Shown here piece by piece: positions 35,287 to 45,471 of a stretch of 64,000 nucleotides of DNA. Position 1 is the stretch's first letter. Every line of letters starts with the position of its first letter. This DNA is from Saprospirales bacterium (lineage in GTDB: Bacteria > Bacteroidota > Bacteroidia > Chitinophagales > Saprospiraceae). The translations under genes and the position numbers were made by a program. A model generated the notes under the pieces. The model was not told the origin of the DNA and searched no databases. It saw only the letters and a program-made list of their open reading frames with translations. Where the stretch lies: positions 19,923-83,922 of the forward strand of contig RECS01000123.1 in assembly GCA_007693915.1 (NCBI GenBank), written 5' to 3'.

Positions 35287-36333
35287 CTAATTGATAGGAA
35301 GGATGCCAAACTTGGTATTTAATTCCTTAGATTTCCTGAATTGCAAAGCCGTTTCTCTAATAGTCTCTTCAATTGGTCTGTAGCTAAAACCAGTTTCTTT
35401 GATAAATGCTGAGGCATCATATAAAGTTTCTTGTGCAGATGCAATAAGCATTGGTTTACTTAAGGGTGGAACCTTGGCTCCAAAAGACCGTAGAAATTTT
35501 AAAATCGGAGGTAGGGTGGCAATCATTAACTTATTGATACGACGTTTCGGCGCTGGCTTATCGAGGTAGAACCCGATCCTTTTTAAAACTTCAAAATAGG
35601 ATAGATTTGCAGTACTTGATATAAAGCGTCTCCCATTGAATTGATGGTCGGCACAATGTATCAGCATTTCTGCCACATCTCTAACATCAACAAATCCAAT
35701 TAGGCCTGATGGATAGAAAGGTAATTCTCTATTTACTTGAGTGAACAATGCAGCTGTACCACTGTTCCAGAAGCCTGCTCCCATAACCAAAGAAGGATTG
35801 AGAATAGTAACATCTAAACCCTCCGCTGACGAACGCCATACCTCCAATTCGCTTTGATGCTTGGACAAAGCGTAATCAGAGATCCCGGGAAACTCTTTCC
35901 ATTCGGTTTCTTCTGTTATAGGCTTGCCTTTTAATTCTTTTCCTAAAGCAGATATTGAGCTACAGTGTACTAATTTTTTTACTCCATTCTCTATAGCCGC
36001 ATTGCAAAGCTCGGCGGTACCTCCCACATTAACTCGATAAAGTTGTTTCTTTTTTGATGGATTAAACGATACAGCAGCAGCGCAGTGAAATAGTATATCT
36101 ACATCTTTAGTGAAATCCCATACTATCTCGGTATCAAGCAAATCACCCTTAACCCACTGAATTTTATGCTCATCACCATCCAGTAAATCAAAAGAACTGC
36201 TTTCTCTTTTGATGGCTTTGATATTGGTACACCCCTGTCTTATAAGAGTCCGCAGTAAATAGGAACCAACAAACCCGGTACCTCCTGTTACCGCAATTCT
36301 AGCGTCTTTACTGAAAGGTAATGTTAAATTCAT
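35287..36333 (-). CDS. NAD-dependent epimerase/dehydratase (extended SDR family)
   Basis: 348-aa ORF with TGGTGFVGSYL Rossmann motif and catalytic YxxxK (YALSK). 4-nt overlap with the upstream anmK. Confidence 0.8.
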   Translation of the reverse strand: MNLTLPFSKDARIAVTGGTGFVGSYLLRTLIRQGCTNIKAIKRESSSFDLLDGDEHKIQWVKGDLLDTEIVWDFTKDVDILFHCAAAVSFNPSKKKQLYRVNVGGTAELCNAAIENGVKKLVHCSSISALGKELKGKPITEETEWKEFPGISDYALSKHQSELEVWRSSAEGLDVTILNPSLVMGAGFWNSGTAALFTQVNRELPFYPSGLIGFVDVRDVAEMLIHCADHQFNGRRFISSTANLSYFEVLKRIGFYLDKPAPKRRINKLMIATLPPILKFLRSFGAKVPPLSKPMLIASAQETLYDASAFIKETGFSYRPIEETIRETALQFRKSKELNTKFGILPIN

Positions 36334-37448
36334 TTTTTATTATTTGTTTTAAAATTAGCCGGCAAATATACCCCTCCTCCGTAAACCTCAAGGGTGTTTT
36401 CATGGTTTTCGGGAATAAAATTACTGACGCCTCTCCACCTCAACCAACCGGCATAAGCCATCAATAAACTTTCTTTAAAATCTATAAAATTATTATCCGG
36501 AACTATTATCTCAATATTAAAAGCCGCTAACTCTTTTTTTAATCTCTCCATAAGTGTAAGGTGATGTGCTCCACCCCCGGATACCATCATTTTTTTTGGG
36601 TGACCTTCACTTCCTGACTTCAATTCAAGGGCAATTGCCTCCACTATGTGCTCAACCATAGTTCTCATTTTATCTTCAACAGGTAGGTGGTTGTTACGAA
36701 GTAATGGAATATAATAGGATCTTATTTGTTGATTGGAAAGTGATTTTGGTGCTTTTTGTTGAAGAAAATCAAATTCATTAAATTTTGAAAGCAACTCAGT
36801 ATCGGTATTACCTTTCGACGCCATTTTCCCATTTTCATCGTACTCCATTCCTGCCTGAGCTGCGAGAAAATCGAGCACCTGATTACAGCCGCATACATCC
36901 ATTGAAAGCGTATATTTATCTTCAATAATGCTCAGATTGGCAATTCCGCCAAGATTGAGAAAAAAGTCAGCTTTGCTTTTAAACAGATGATCCAAAATCG
37001 GCACCATTGGCGCTCCTTGCCAACCTAGGGCAATGGCATTGTTTCTAAAGTCAGTTACCACCGGTACTCCGGCATTTTCTGCGATGATACCACCAAGTCC
37101 CATTTGAATAGAAAAGCCCTTGTCCGGCTGGTGGAATACAGTATGACCATGCACTGATACGAGATCAATAGAATGCCCCTCATTTTTTATTTCTCTAATG
37201 AGCTGACCATAATACCTGCTCAGTTCTGCTTCCAATTCAAAATAGGATTCGAGGGGCAATTGGTCTGACCTTTTTAGCTTTTCTTTAAGATGATCGGGAT
37301 AGGCATTGGTCTGAGTTTTTAACCATTCGATATCGGGATCTGAACCATCGCTGTTTTCTGTAAACTTAAAAATACCAATATCTGTACCGTCAAGTGAACT
37401 TCCGGACATCAAACCCAAAACTATCATTGTATCACTCAAGTTTTTCAC
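36330..37448 (-). CDS. anmK: Anhydro-N-acetylmuramic acid kinase
   Basis: 372-aa ORF with the typical N-terminus (VLGLMSGSSLDGTDIGIF) and ASKHA-fold motifs (NLGGIANLS, VSGGGAHH). Confidence 0.85.
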   Translation of the reverse strand: MKNLSDTMIVLGLMSGSSLDGTDIGIFKFTENSDGSDPDIEWLKTQTNAYPDHLKEKLKRSDQLPLESYFELEAELSRYYGQLIREIKNEGHSIDLVSVHGHTVFHQPDKGFSIQMGLGGIIAENAGVPVVTDFRNNAIALGWQGAPMVPILDHLFKSKADFFLNLGGIANLSIIEDKYTLSMDVCGCNQVLDFLAAQAGMEYDENGKMASKGNTDTELLSKFNEFDFLQQKAPKSLSNQQIRSYYIPLLRNNHLPVEDKMRTMVEHIVEAIALELKSGSEGHPKKMMVSGGGAHHLTLMERLKKELAAFNIEIIVPDNNFIDFKESLLMAYAGWLRWRGVSNFIPENHENTLEVYGGGVYLPANFKTNNKK

Positions 37449-37791
37449 TGGTATCTTCCTCTTTAAATTTCATAGTATAACGAGCAACTGCATCGATTTC
37501 AGCCGGGCTAAGAATCCTCCTGTATGCAATCATTACCCCTACACCATCTCGGATAACCGCTTTTCGCTCTTCAAGGGTGAGCTCAGAAACACTAAGGTCT
37601 CCCGCATCATTTAATCCAAGCTTACCATCATTGCCATGACAAATCACACAGTGAAGTTCATATAACGCCTTACCTGCGCTCAGTGGTAATACCTCAACCG
37701 GTCTTTCCGGTGGTTCTCTTTCTACTGAAGGCCCACAAGCATGAATAAAAAACACTGCTACTAACACCAATAAAGAAATTACTCTCAACAT
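37432..37791 (-). CDS. Small class-I c-type cytochrome (periplasmic)
   Basis: 119-aa ORF with a signal/lipoprotein-like N-terminus (...FFIHAC) and a single CxxCH haem motif (CVICH). Its 3' end overlaps the anmK start by 17 nt. Confidence 0.75.
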   Translation of the reverse strand: MLRVISLLVLVAVFFIHACGPSVEREPPERPVEVLPLSAGKALYELHCVICHGNDGKLGLNDAGDLSVSELTLEERKAVIRDGVGVMIAYRRILSPAEIDAVARYTMKFKEEDTSEKLE

Positions 37792-38214
37792 AATGCAACT
37801 TTAAATTATAATTCTTTGTACGCGGCAAAAATTTAAAATCTTATAGAATAAAATTAAAAGACCAAGAATACTTTGACTACAAATAACTGTGATTTAGCCA
37901 CTTAAACAAAATAACACAATTTTTTATATGCACCCTACTTTTATTTGTTTAATTGTTGAAATAAATGAATTGGTTCACGATAAGTCGCCAATTTTTCGCT
38001 AAGACAACTGAGCAAATTTAGTATTTATGAATACTAATTATTGGTTTTCAAGCAATTTCAAACAAACAAAAAATTATTTGCCACGCCCTACGTGATAAAC
38101 TCAACTTTGCGTCTTCTTTTCGCCTTTGCGCCTTTGCTTGAAATAAAAGCTTGTAAACTATTCTAATTTTTTGTCATGTACTCAGAGAAAAATTAAAAAA
38201 ATTTGGGCTGAAAA

Positions 38215-38260
38215 TTATGAAAACGGGCTTCCAACTATCATCTATTGAAATCCCGTTTTT
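38215..38260 (-). terminator. Terminator-like hairpin downstream of ahcY
   Basis: Minus-strand AAACGGGAUUUC...GGAAGCCCGUUU stem followed by UUCAUAAUUUUC, about 25 nt after the ahcY stop. Confidence 0.45.
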
Positions 38261-38284
38261 AAAAATGATTCATCAAAAACCAAA

Positions 38285-39598
38285 TTAATATCTATAAGTG
38301 TCCGCCTTGAACGGACCATTCTTGGCAACACCTATATATTTTGCCTGATCATCCGTTAACTCTTCCAGCTCGACACCAATTTTAGCCAAATGAAGTCTGG
38401 CGACTTTCTCGTCCAGTTTTTTAGGAAGAACGTAAACTTTTTTATCGTACTTTTCAGCATGATTCCAAAGCTCTATTTGTGCCAAAGTCTGATTGGTAAA
38501 TGAATTGGACATTACAAATGATGGGTGTCCAGTTGCACAACCAAGATTTACGAGACGTCCTTCTGCCAAAACAATAATATCATTTCCATCGATAGAGTAT
38601 TTATCCACCTGAGGCTTGATTGTTTTCTTCGAATGACCATAATTTGTATTTAACCAAGCCATGTCTATTTCGTTATCAAAGTGACCAATATTGCATACAA
38701 TAGTTTTGTCATTCATTAGTCTGAAGTGTTCCTCAGCAATTATATCTTTATTGCCGGTTGCAGTCATAACTATATTAGCCCTTGGGATAGCATCTTTCAT
38801 TTTAATGACTTCATAACCATCCATAGCTGCCTGAAGTGCACATATCGGATCTATTTCAGTAACAATTACTCTGCAACCTGCACCCCTTAAAGAAGCTGCT
38901 GAACCCTTACCCACATCACCATAACCTGCGACCACAGCAACTTTACCTGCCATCATAATATCAGTTGCTCTTCTAATCGCATCTACAGCAGATTCCTTGC
39001 ATCCATATTTGTTGTCAAATTTTGACTTTGTAACGGAATCATTGACATTAATTGCAGGCATTGGGAGTGTTCCATTCTTTTCTCTGTCGTACAAGCGAAG
39101 AACTCCGGTTGTGGTCTCTTCGGTAATGCCTTTAACACCGGCTGCTAATTCGGGATACTTGTCCAACACGATATTAGTAAGATCACCACCATCATCCAAA
39201 ATCATATTCAAAGGCTTTCCACCTTCAAATGCAAAAAGAGTCTGCTCAATGCACCAGTCGTACTCCTCTTCAGTCAAGCCTTTCCATGCATAAACAGGTA
39301 CACCGGTCTTTGCAATTGCAGCAGCTGCATGATCCTGAGTTGAAAAAATATTACAAGAAGACCAACTTACTTCAGCTCCTAACTCAAGTAATGTCTCAAT
39401 CAGTACTGCTGTTTGGATGGTCATGTGTAAACAACCCGCAATCCGGGCACCTTTTAAGGGCTTAGATGCACCAAATTCTTCTCTCAGTGCCATCAAACCG
39501 GGCATCTCTGCCTCTGCCAGTTCAATTTCCATTCTTCCCCATTCAGCCAGACTGATGTCTTTTACTTTGTACTTTAATTTTTTGTCTACTGCTTGCAT
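38285..39598 (-). CDS. ahcY: Adenosylhomocysteinase (S-adenosyl-L-homocysteine hydrolase)
   Basis: 437-aa ORF with highly conserved family sequence throughout ([26 protein letters not shown]..., NAD motif [11 protein letters not shown]-terminal [10 protein letters not shown]). Confidence 0.95.
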   Translation of the reverse strand: MQAVDKKLKYKVKDISLAEWGRMEIELAEAEMPGLMALREEFGASKPLKGARIAGCLHMTIQTAVLIETLLELGAEVSWSSCNIFSTQDHAAAAIAKTGVPVYAWKGLTEEEYDWCIEQTLFAFEGGKPLNMILDDGGDLTNIVLDKYPELAAGVKGITEETTTGVLRLYDREKNGTLPMPAINVNDSVTKSKFDNKYGCKESAVDAIRRATDIMMAGKVAVVAGYGDVGKGSAASLRGAGCRVIVTEIDPICALQAAMDGYEVIKMKDAIPRANIVMTATGNKDIIAEEHFRLMNDKTIVCNIGHFDNEIDMAWLNTNYGHSKKTIKPQVDKYSIDGNDIIVLAEGRLVNLGCATGHPSFVMSNSFTNQTLAQIELWNHAEKYDKKVYVLPKKLDEKVARLHLAKIGVELEELTDDQAKYIGVAKNGPFKADTYRY

Positions 39599-39744
39599 TA
39601 ATTATGTGTTTTTAATTCAAAAATTCGCGCAAAGATACGGAAAACTAATGGATTAGCTTCCATTTCAAAGCGCATTTCTAACACATTATCGGACTTCAGG
39701 GTTTAGAGAAAATTGAAAAGATGACATGAGGGCAACAATTTGTC

Positions 39745-40326
39745 CTACTCCCCCACTTCTTTCCGCCAATTATACCACCCATAAATCGCCAGAATATTGT
39801 ACACCACAAACAAAAGTGCAAACAAATTGGCATCTCGAGAAAGATACAATCCAATGTAAGCTGAATTGACAATTACCCAAAGCGGCCAACTTTCCGTCTT
39901 TTTTTGAATCAGTAAAACTGTGGCAATAATTGAAAAAACTGTTGTACCGGAATCCAGGTAAGTAGCCATGGCCTCCGTATACTGTGATAAAAAATAGCCC
40001 CCAGCAAAAGAAAGTCCCAAGCCAGTCAGAGCAAAACCAATTCGTTGGCTCCAACTCAACTGACTGATGGCAAGTTCTGTACCCTTACCTCCTTTTTTCC
40101 ACTGATAGAGCCCAACAAAACCCATCACCACATAAAAGAATTGTAAAAGTCCATCAGCATAAAGATCATAAACCTTTACTGTGACTATCATCCATGCTGC
40201 GCAACTGAATATACCCCAATACCAGCACCTGTAGTCATTTCTGGCAGCATAAAAAATATAGATGAGTCCGGTCAAAAAAGCCGACCATTCAAGCAGAGAA
40301 TATACCACCTGTGGTATTTCCATCAA
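39745..40326 (-). CDS. pnuC: Nicotinamide riboside transporter PnuC family
   Basis: 193-aa polytopic membrane ORF with Trp/Tyr-rich helices typical of PnuC (...YNILAIYGWYNWRK at the C-terminus). 4-nt overlap with the upstream gene. Confidence 0.7.
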   Translation of the reverse strand: MMEIPQVVYSLLEWSAFLTGLIYIFYAARNDYRCWYWGIFSCAAWMIVTVKVYDLYADGLLQFFYVVMGFVGLYQWKKGGKGTELAISQLSWSQRIGFALTGLGLSFAGGYFLSQYTEAMATYLDSGTTVFSIIATVLLIQKKTESWPLWVIVNSAYIGLYLSRDANLFALLFVVYNILAIYGWYNWRKEVGE

Positions 40327-42866
40327 TCAATGATAAACACTCTGAATCTTGCCGATCGAACCATTGGATTGGTGTTGGCAATAATGTCGATTGTTACTTC
40401 CTCCTCCCCGGAGCGTTTTGTGGGATCGAAAACAGCTTTAATGTAGCCTCTTTCTCCGGGAGCTATAGCCGACCTTGTCCACTCCAGTTCTGTACACTCA
40501 CAAGCGGTGGCAAAGTCGATGATCAAATCTACCTCACCGGTGTTGGTAAACTCAAAGGTATGTTCAGGACGATCTTCTTTTTTAATTAGACCAAAATCGT
40601 GGAACTGCTTATCAAAAGTAATGGCAGCAAATTTAGGTTCATCTTCATAATCTGCTCCGGCACTATTTCCCGGCACGGTATCCATCGGCATTGAAGATAC
40701 AAAGACTATAGATTGCAATCCACCCTGATCAAGCGGAGAATTATTCAATGCAAGGTGCGATGTAAAATCATGCCATGAAGGAGCTGATTTTACAGGCACA
40801 CTACCCTGTGGTGCATTATCTCTTGCTTGTATTCTCTGCTTCCTGATTTCTATGGTCCTAGGTCCTTCAATAATGGTAAATTCTGTCCGACGGTTTAGTC
40901 GGTGTTCCTCCTCTGTACACTCTACATTATTGTGGCAGTGATTGAGGATTCGGGTTTCTCCATATCCCACTGCCTTTATTCTCGAAGGATCAATTCCTTT
41001 ATTAATCAGGTATCTTTTAGCTGAATTAGCTCTCCTCTGTGAGAGATCCATGTTGTAAGCGTCATTTCCTCTTGAATCTGTATGAGAGGAAAGTTCTATT
41101 ACCATATCGCCATATTCAACCATCAAATCATACAAATAATTGAGGTCATTCTCTGCTTCCGGTAAAATACGGTCATCATCAAAATCGTAATAAATATTCC
41201 CCAATCTGATCGCTTCATTGATAGCAATAACCTCAATAACCGGATCTCTTTCAAGAAGGAAAAACTCCCGCTCGAAAGTAGTATTCTCTGCTAGCCCAAC
41301 AGTATTAATTGAAACTGAGTCGCTGTGGTAATCATCACGTTCGATGATAATTCTGTAGGTTCTCTCCGGTTGAAGTGGCACATTGTAGGTATTGCCTACC
41401 TCATTAGTCGCGCCTATTTCATTCACCACCTCACCCCTTCTGATTTCCTGCACCAATATAGATGACCCCAATAAGGGTTGATTATTTTCATCTAAAACAG
41501 TTGCGAGATAATTGACTTTAACATCTTCTACCTGAATGCGGAAAATATCGTCACAACAGCTCGGTGATCTTGAACTTCGCTTTCTTTCATAAGGTCGGTT
41601 AGATACTACAAAACCACTTCTTTCTCCCTCATCCAATCTTATGTACATATCATCGAAAGGAGAATTAATTCCGGGTCCCATATTGGAGGGTTCACTCCAA
41701 CGCGTCCCATCCCAACTACTCTCAAAAACATCAAGACCACCCATTCCGGCATGTCCATCTGAGCTAAAAAATAATTTTCCATCGAGATAAAAAGGAGTTA
41801 CTTCATCACCGGGGGTATTGATCACGGGTCCTAAGTTGACCGGTGTGCCATAGGTATTTCCTCCACGGTGCGTTGCATAGTAAATGTCTTTCCCTCCCCT
41901 TCCGCCATCCATATCAGAAGCGAAAAACAAAACAGGATTTCCAAAAAGCTCTCCAGGTGCAGGATGAGTAGCAATCCAATCGCCATTGACACCCTCAAGA
42001 CGCTGCGGAGCTCCCCAATCACTACCATCCCAAGTGCTCATAAAAATTTCACTTTCAATCAGTAAATCTCCCTGGATCTGCGAACGAGTAAAAAACATCG
42101 TCCTTTTGTCTCTTGAAAATGCAACATTACCGGTATGGTAATTTTCTCTATTGATTCGGTGTCTCATTCTCTCACCTTGTCCCCAACTGTCCTCATCCGG
42201 AGGCGCTGAATAAATCCTCAAAAAGTGTGGTTGCTCATCCTCCGTATAGGTAATCCTGCTTCTGCGATTAAAGGTAGCGTAGTAGAGATTATCATCGGGG
42301 CCCACTGCCGGAGACAAATCGGTCAAGCCGCTGTTGATTCCCTCGCCCAAAGCGGTTACAAAGAGATCCTCAGGCTGTTCCATACCGCGTACAACTTCCA
42401 TTCCGAGAAGCTCCACCTCAGCTCTTCTCTTTAAATCTTCATCATCTGAAAGCGTAAGAAACTCACGAAACATTTCAGCAGCTTCCTCTTCATTGCCTAG
42501 TTTACGCAAAGTCCTGGCGTAATAGAATCTGTCCTCCACAAAAACTTTTTCTTCATCTCTGGCAAGATATCGGGCGTACCATCTCTCAGCACGCTCATAG
42601 TCTCTGAGTAAGTAGGTAAGCTTAGCGAGATAAGGCAACAATTCCTGATCTCTACTTTCTCTGAAGCACTCCTGGAAAAAATCTAAAGCATTGAAATAAT
42701 CGTGATTTGCCTTTAGTTCATGAGCAAACTCCAAGTTCATTTCATAAGTTGGTTCAGAAAGCGGTTGTGCCAAAAGGGTAAGTTGGAATAGTAGTGCCGC
42801 TGTAAAAAACGGAAGAAACTTGTATATCATTCTCATTGAGTTGTGATTTAGTAATTTTAAGACCAA
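40323..42866 (-). CDS. PorE-like T9SS-associated OmpA-family protein (TPR + PD40 propeller + CRD + OmpA_C) with extra C-terminal DUF1573-like domain
   Basis: 847-aa ORF; the true start may be the internal MRMIYKF at ~42836. It has TPR units at the N-terminus, TolB/PD40-like repeats, a CRD-like unit (YLATVLDENNQPLLGSSILVQE...), OmpA_C (NIYYDFDDDRILPEA...SSHTDSRGNDAYNMDLSQRRANSAKRYL) and a DUF1573-like tail (FDKQFHDFGLI...FEFTNTGEVDLIIDFATACECT). Confidence 0.75.
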   Translation of the reverse strand: MVLKLLNHNSMRMIYKFLPFFTAALLFQLTLLAQPLSEPTYEMNLEFAHELKANHDYFNALDFFQECFRESRDQELLPYLAKLTYLLRDYERAERWYARYLARDEEKVFVEDRFYYARTLRKLGNEEEAAEMFREFLTLSDDEDLKRRAEVELLGMEVVRGMEQPEDLFVTALGEGINSGLTDLSPAVGPDDNLYYATFNRRSRITYTEDEQPHFLRIYSAPPDEDSWGQGERMRHRINRENYHTGNVAFSRDKRTMFFTRSQIQGDLLIESEIFMSTWDGSDWGAPQRLEGVNGDWIATHPAPGELFGNPVLFFASDMDGGRGGKDIYYATHRGGNTYGTPVNLGPVINTPGDEVTPFYLDGKLFFSSDGHAGMGGLDVFESSWDGTRWSEPSNMGPGINSPFDDMYIRLDEGERSGFVVSNRPYERKRSSRSPSCCDDIFRIQVEDVKVNYLATVLDENNQPLLGSSILVQEIRRGEVVNEIGATNEVGNTYNVPLQPERTYRIIIERDDYHSDSVSINTVGLAENTTFEREFFLLERDPVIEVIAINEAIRLGNIYYDFDDDRILPEAENDLNYLYDLMVEYGDMVIELSSHTDSRGNDAYNMDLSQRRANSAKRYLINKGIDPSRIKAVGYGETRILNHCHNNVECTEEEHRLNRRTEFTIIEGPRTIEIRKQRIQARDNAPQGSVPVKSAPSWHDFTSHLALNNSPLDQGGLQSIVFVSSMPMDTVPGNSAGADYEDEPKFAAITFDKQFHDFGLIKKEDRPEHTFEFTNTGEVDLIIDFATACECTELEWTRSAIAPGERGYIKAVFDPTKRSGEEEVTIDIIANTNPMVRSARFRVFIID

Positions 42867-43880
42867 TTAAAATCTTGGACAAAAGATGACCGGATCTGTT
42901 TCCGGCTTTTTATAAATCTTGACAATATAGCTTGCTGCAACTTCAAAACCCCCAAAATAATTAGCTGCTCCCGCCAAATCGGAAACGGTAAAATCATAAG
43001 CCATCCCTACTGTCAAGTCGCCAAATTGCATTCCAAACATCAAATGCCCGGAATCGTTAACGCGATATCCAAGCCCTGCGTTCACGTATATGTCCTTTTC
43101 ACTGTTAACGAGAAGTGAACCCCTAAGCTGCGCTATAGCAACCGACGCAGGTTCATAACTCTCGTAGATAAATCCGGGGGTAATAGTTAAAAACTCATTC
43201 AATTTAACATCAACATATCCATGCCCTGTAAATCTCATCGGTAGTCTTCCACCTGAGCCCAAGATACTCAATCTCGGTCGGTTGATATGTTTAACACTAA
43301 AACCCAGCTCCATGAAAGTAGATTCACTAATCTTTGATTTCAGGATAAGGCCTCCTGCGTATTCCTGTGCATTTTGTGCCTGATCTGATAAGGTTCCCTG
43401 AATGGGATCATCCTGTCCAAGGATTAGCGCCTCACTTCGGTAAGCATCAATATCCCTTATTCTTTTTGCAAAAGCACCTGTCTGTAGTCCAAGTACCAAA
43501 TAGGTATTGGCTTCCCTACCTATCGCCTTGTGATATGATCCACTCAATAAAAAGCCTCCTGTCTGAAGGCCTAATGCTCCTGCACGATCAACAAAAAGAA
43601 CACCACCGGCACCAACCCAGTCATTGTCCCAAAATCCATGGGTGACAGGTGCATCAACAGAAAGGCCGGGCGTGTTAAATGCATCGGGTGTAATACTGCT
43701 AAACTGATTTCGGAAAATTCCATTCACTCTGAACGTTCCACTGAAGTCACCGGTTTTGGCAGGATTGAGCAACAGTGGCATCATTTCGTATTGAGTCCAA
43801 TGAATCTCCTGAGCTTTTGTATCCATAAACGGAAAAGCAAAAACCAGCGAGAGTATAACGAGAATACGGATTGTTTGCAT
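42867..43880 (-). CDS. Type IX secretion system membrane protein, PorP/SprF family
   Basis: 337-aa ORF with a signal peptide, the family N-terminal motif (QEIHWTQYEMMPLLLNPAKTGDF), beta-barrel-like alternating pattern and a C-terminal aromatic residue (...CPRF). Its stop abuts the next gene's start. Confidence 0.8.
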   Translation of the reverse strand: MQTIRILVILSLVFAFPFMDTKAQEIHWTQYEMMPLLLNPAKTGDFSGTFRVNGIFRNQFSSITPDAFNTPGLSVDAPVTHGFWDNDWVGAGGVLFVDRAGALGLQTGGFLLSGSYHKAIGREANTYLVLGLQTGAFAKRIRDIDAYRSEALILGQDDPIQGTLSDQAQNAQEYAGGLILKSKISESTFMELGFSVKHINRPRLSILGSGGRLPMRFTGHGYVDVKLNEFLTITPGFIYESYEPASVAIAQLRGSLLVNSEKDIYVNAGLGYRVNDSGHLMFGMQFGDLTVGMAYDFTVSDLAGAANYFGGFEVAASYIVKIYKKPETDPVIFCPRF

Positions 43881-44328
43881 TGGTATATTTTTAGTTAAAT
43901 CACCTGAGTAACTAGGTTTTACTTTCTATTTTAAGCCGGGCAAAAAATTCTGTCAAGTTGAAATTAAAAACTTTCACACTGCAAAAGTAACTTAATTTCA
44001 AGGTACAGACAAACTGCAAATAAAAGGAATTTTTACCGTTTATCCTCCATCTAATGCCTGTCTTTAACTATTAATTTTGTAACTGAGCCGATTTAAGGGT
44101 CTCTAAGTGTAGAAAAATACAGCTGCTAAAAAAAATAACTATGTCCATGCAATGCAAGAGTTTTTAGTTTTGAGTGCTTAGTTTTTAGTTTTAATGTACC
44201 TTCATAATTTAGGTTGACAGCTTATCCCTAAAGCCTAAAAAGAGTAGATAGAATTGAGAAGTCCCGAAATTTTGAGCCTTTCAACATCTTCACTAAATTT
44301 ATTCCCCAATAAAAAAATCAACCACTTA

Positions 44329-45471
44329 CTACTTTAATTTCGAAAAAGTAAAATAAAGAGTATCAAAATAGAGATCCAATGTGCCTCGAACCATAGCATC
44401 TATAGAGAAAAAAGTAGTTGCTTTAGCATAGGCTGCGACCACAATATCCTCTCTTTCAAGAGGATTTTGGGAAAGCCATAAAATGCCATCAGACAGTGCT
44501 TCTACATCACCTACAGCTACTAATATTCCGGTCTGCTTGTCTGAAATTAACTCAGGCACACCTCCACCCGCTGTAGCAACGATGGGTACTTTCATCATCA
44601 TGGCGTCAATTACAGTGGTGCCAAGTCCTTCAGTACTACTTGTAAATAAGAAAACATCAAATTCCTTCAGGTACTTTTTGGCGTTTTCTATATAGCCCGG
44701 AAAAAAAATATCTTCCTCTAAACCCTCATTTTTTACCCTAGATAAAAGTTTTTGTTTCCATGATTCTCCCCCACCTATCCAAACAAACTTGGCTTTAAAT
44801 CCCGATTTTATCATCTTTATCGCCACTTCAAGAAAGGTTTGTGGGTCTTTGTGGTCGTCAAGAGCAGAAATATTGCCCACCAAAATCTCATCCTTTGAAA
44901 GTGAAAATTGGTTCCTCAGTGCTTCAGTTTCTGTTTGACCACTCAAAATTGAGGAGACACCGGAATATACAACTACTGACTTTTTTTCTAATTCAGGAAA
45001 GTGTGAATCCACCACATTTTTGATATTGGAGGAGACGCAAATGATTCTTTTTAGCTTTTTTGAATAAAATTTTTTGCGGGTAAAAAATCCTGATTTAATG
45101 GGATTGTCCACTCTCCTATGAACAATCGCCGGACATTTCAACCCCAATAAATCGGTGAGCAAAAAGGCAAGACTGTGAGCTTTGGAATCGTGGGCATGGA
45201 TCAAATTTACCTTATTTTTTTTGCAAAAAAACCATAGCATAATGGCATCAATTAAAAACCAGGGTTGCCGAAAAAATAATTTTTTCAGATTCACTTTTTC
45301 ATCCGTAAACTTTTTGGAAACCTGACCAGAAGGCACCCAAATCCATTGTTGGACTCCTTTTTCTTTTAGCCCCTGATACAAATAGAGGATTTGCTGTTCA
45401 CCACCTCGCCATTCAACTGCTGAGGACAAGTGAACCACCCTTATATTTCCGTTGTCAGTAGCTTTATTCAT
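44329..45471 (-). CDS. Glycosyltransferase family 4 (GT-B fold)
   Basis: 380-aa ORF with a C-terminal GT1/GT4 signature (SSTEGLGTTVIDAMMMKVPIVATAGGGVPELI). 4-nt overlap with cysQ. Confidence 0.85.
   Translation of the reverse strand: MNKATDNGNIRVVHLSSAVEWRGGEQQILYLYQGLKEKGVQQWIWVPSGQVSKKFTDEKVNLKKLFFRQPWFLIDAIMLWFFCKKNKVNLIHAHDSKAHSLAFLLTDLLGLKCPAIVHRRVDNPIKSGFFTRKKFYSKKLKRIICVSSNIKNVVDSHFPELEKKSVVVYSGVSSILSGQTETEALRNQFSLSKDEILVGNISALDDHKDPQTFLEVAIKMIKSGFKAKFVWIGGGESWKQKLLSRVKNEGLEEDIFFPGYIENAKKYLKEFDVFLFTSSTEGLGTTVIDAMMMKVPIVATAGGGVPELISDKQTGILVAVGDVEALSDGILWLSQNPLEREDIVVAAYAKATTFFSIDAMVRGTLDLYFDTLYFTFSKLK

Noticed and set aside
39599-39744. Possible SAH riboswitch upstream of ahcY
   Set aside because: The 146-nt leader is AT-rich. 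It lacks the GC-rich pseudoknotted helices expected of SAH riboswitches, and I saw no convincing conserved stems.
39770-40054. 94-aa alternative-frame ORF inside pnuC
   Set aside because: It is on the same strand in a different frame from a coherent polytopic membrane protein, and it has no independent support.
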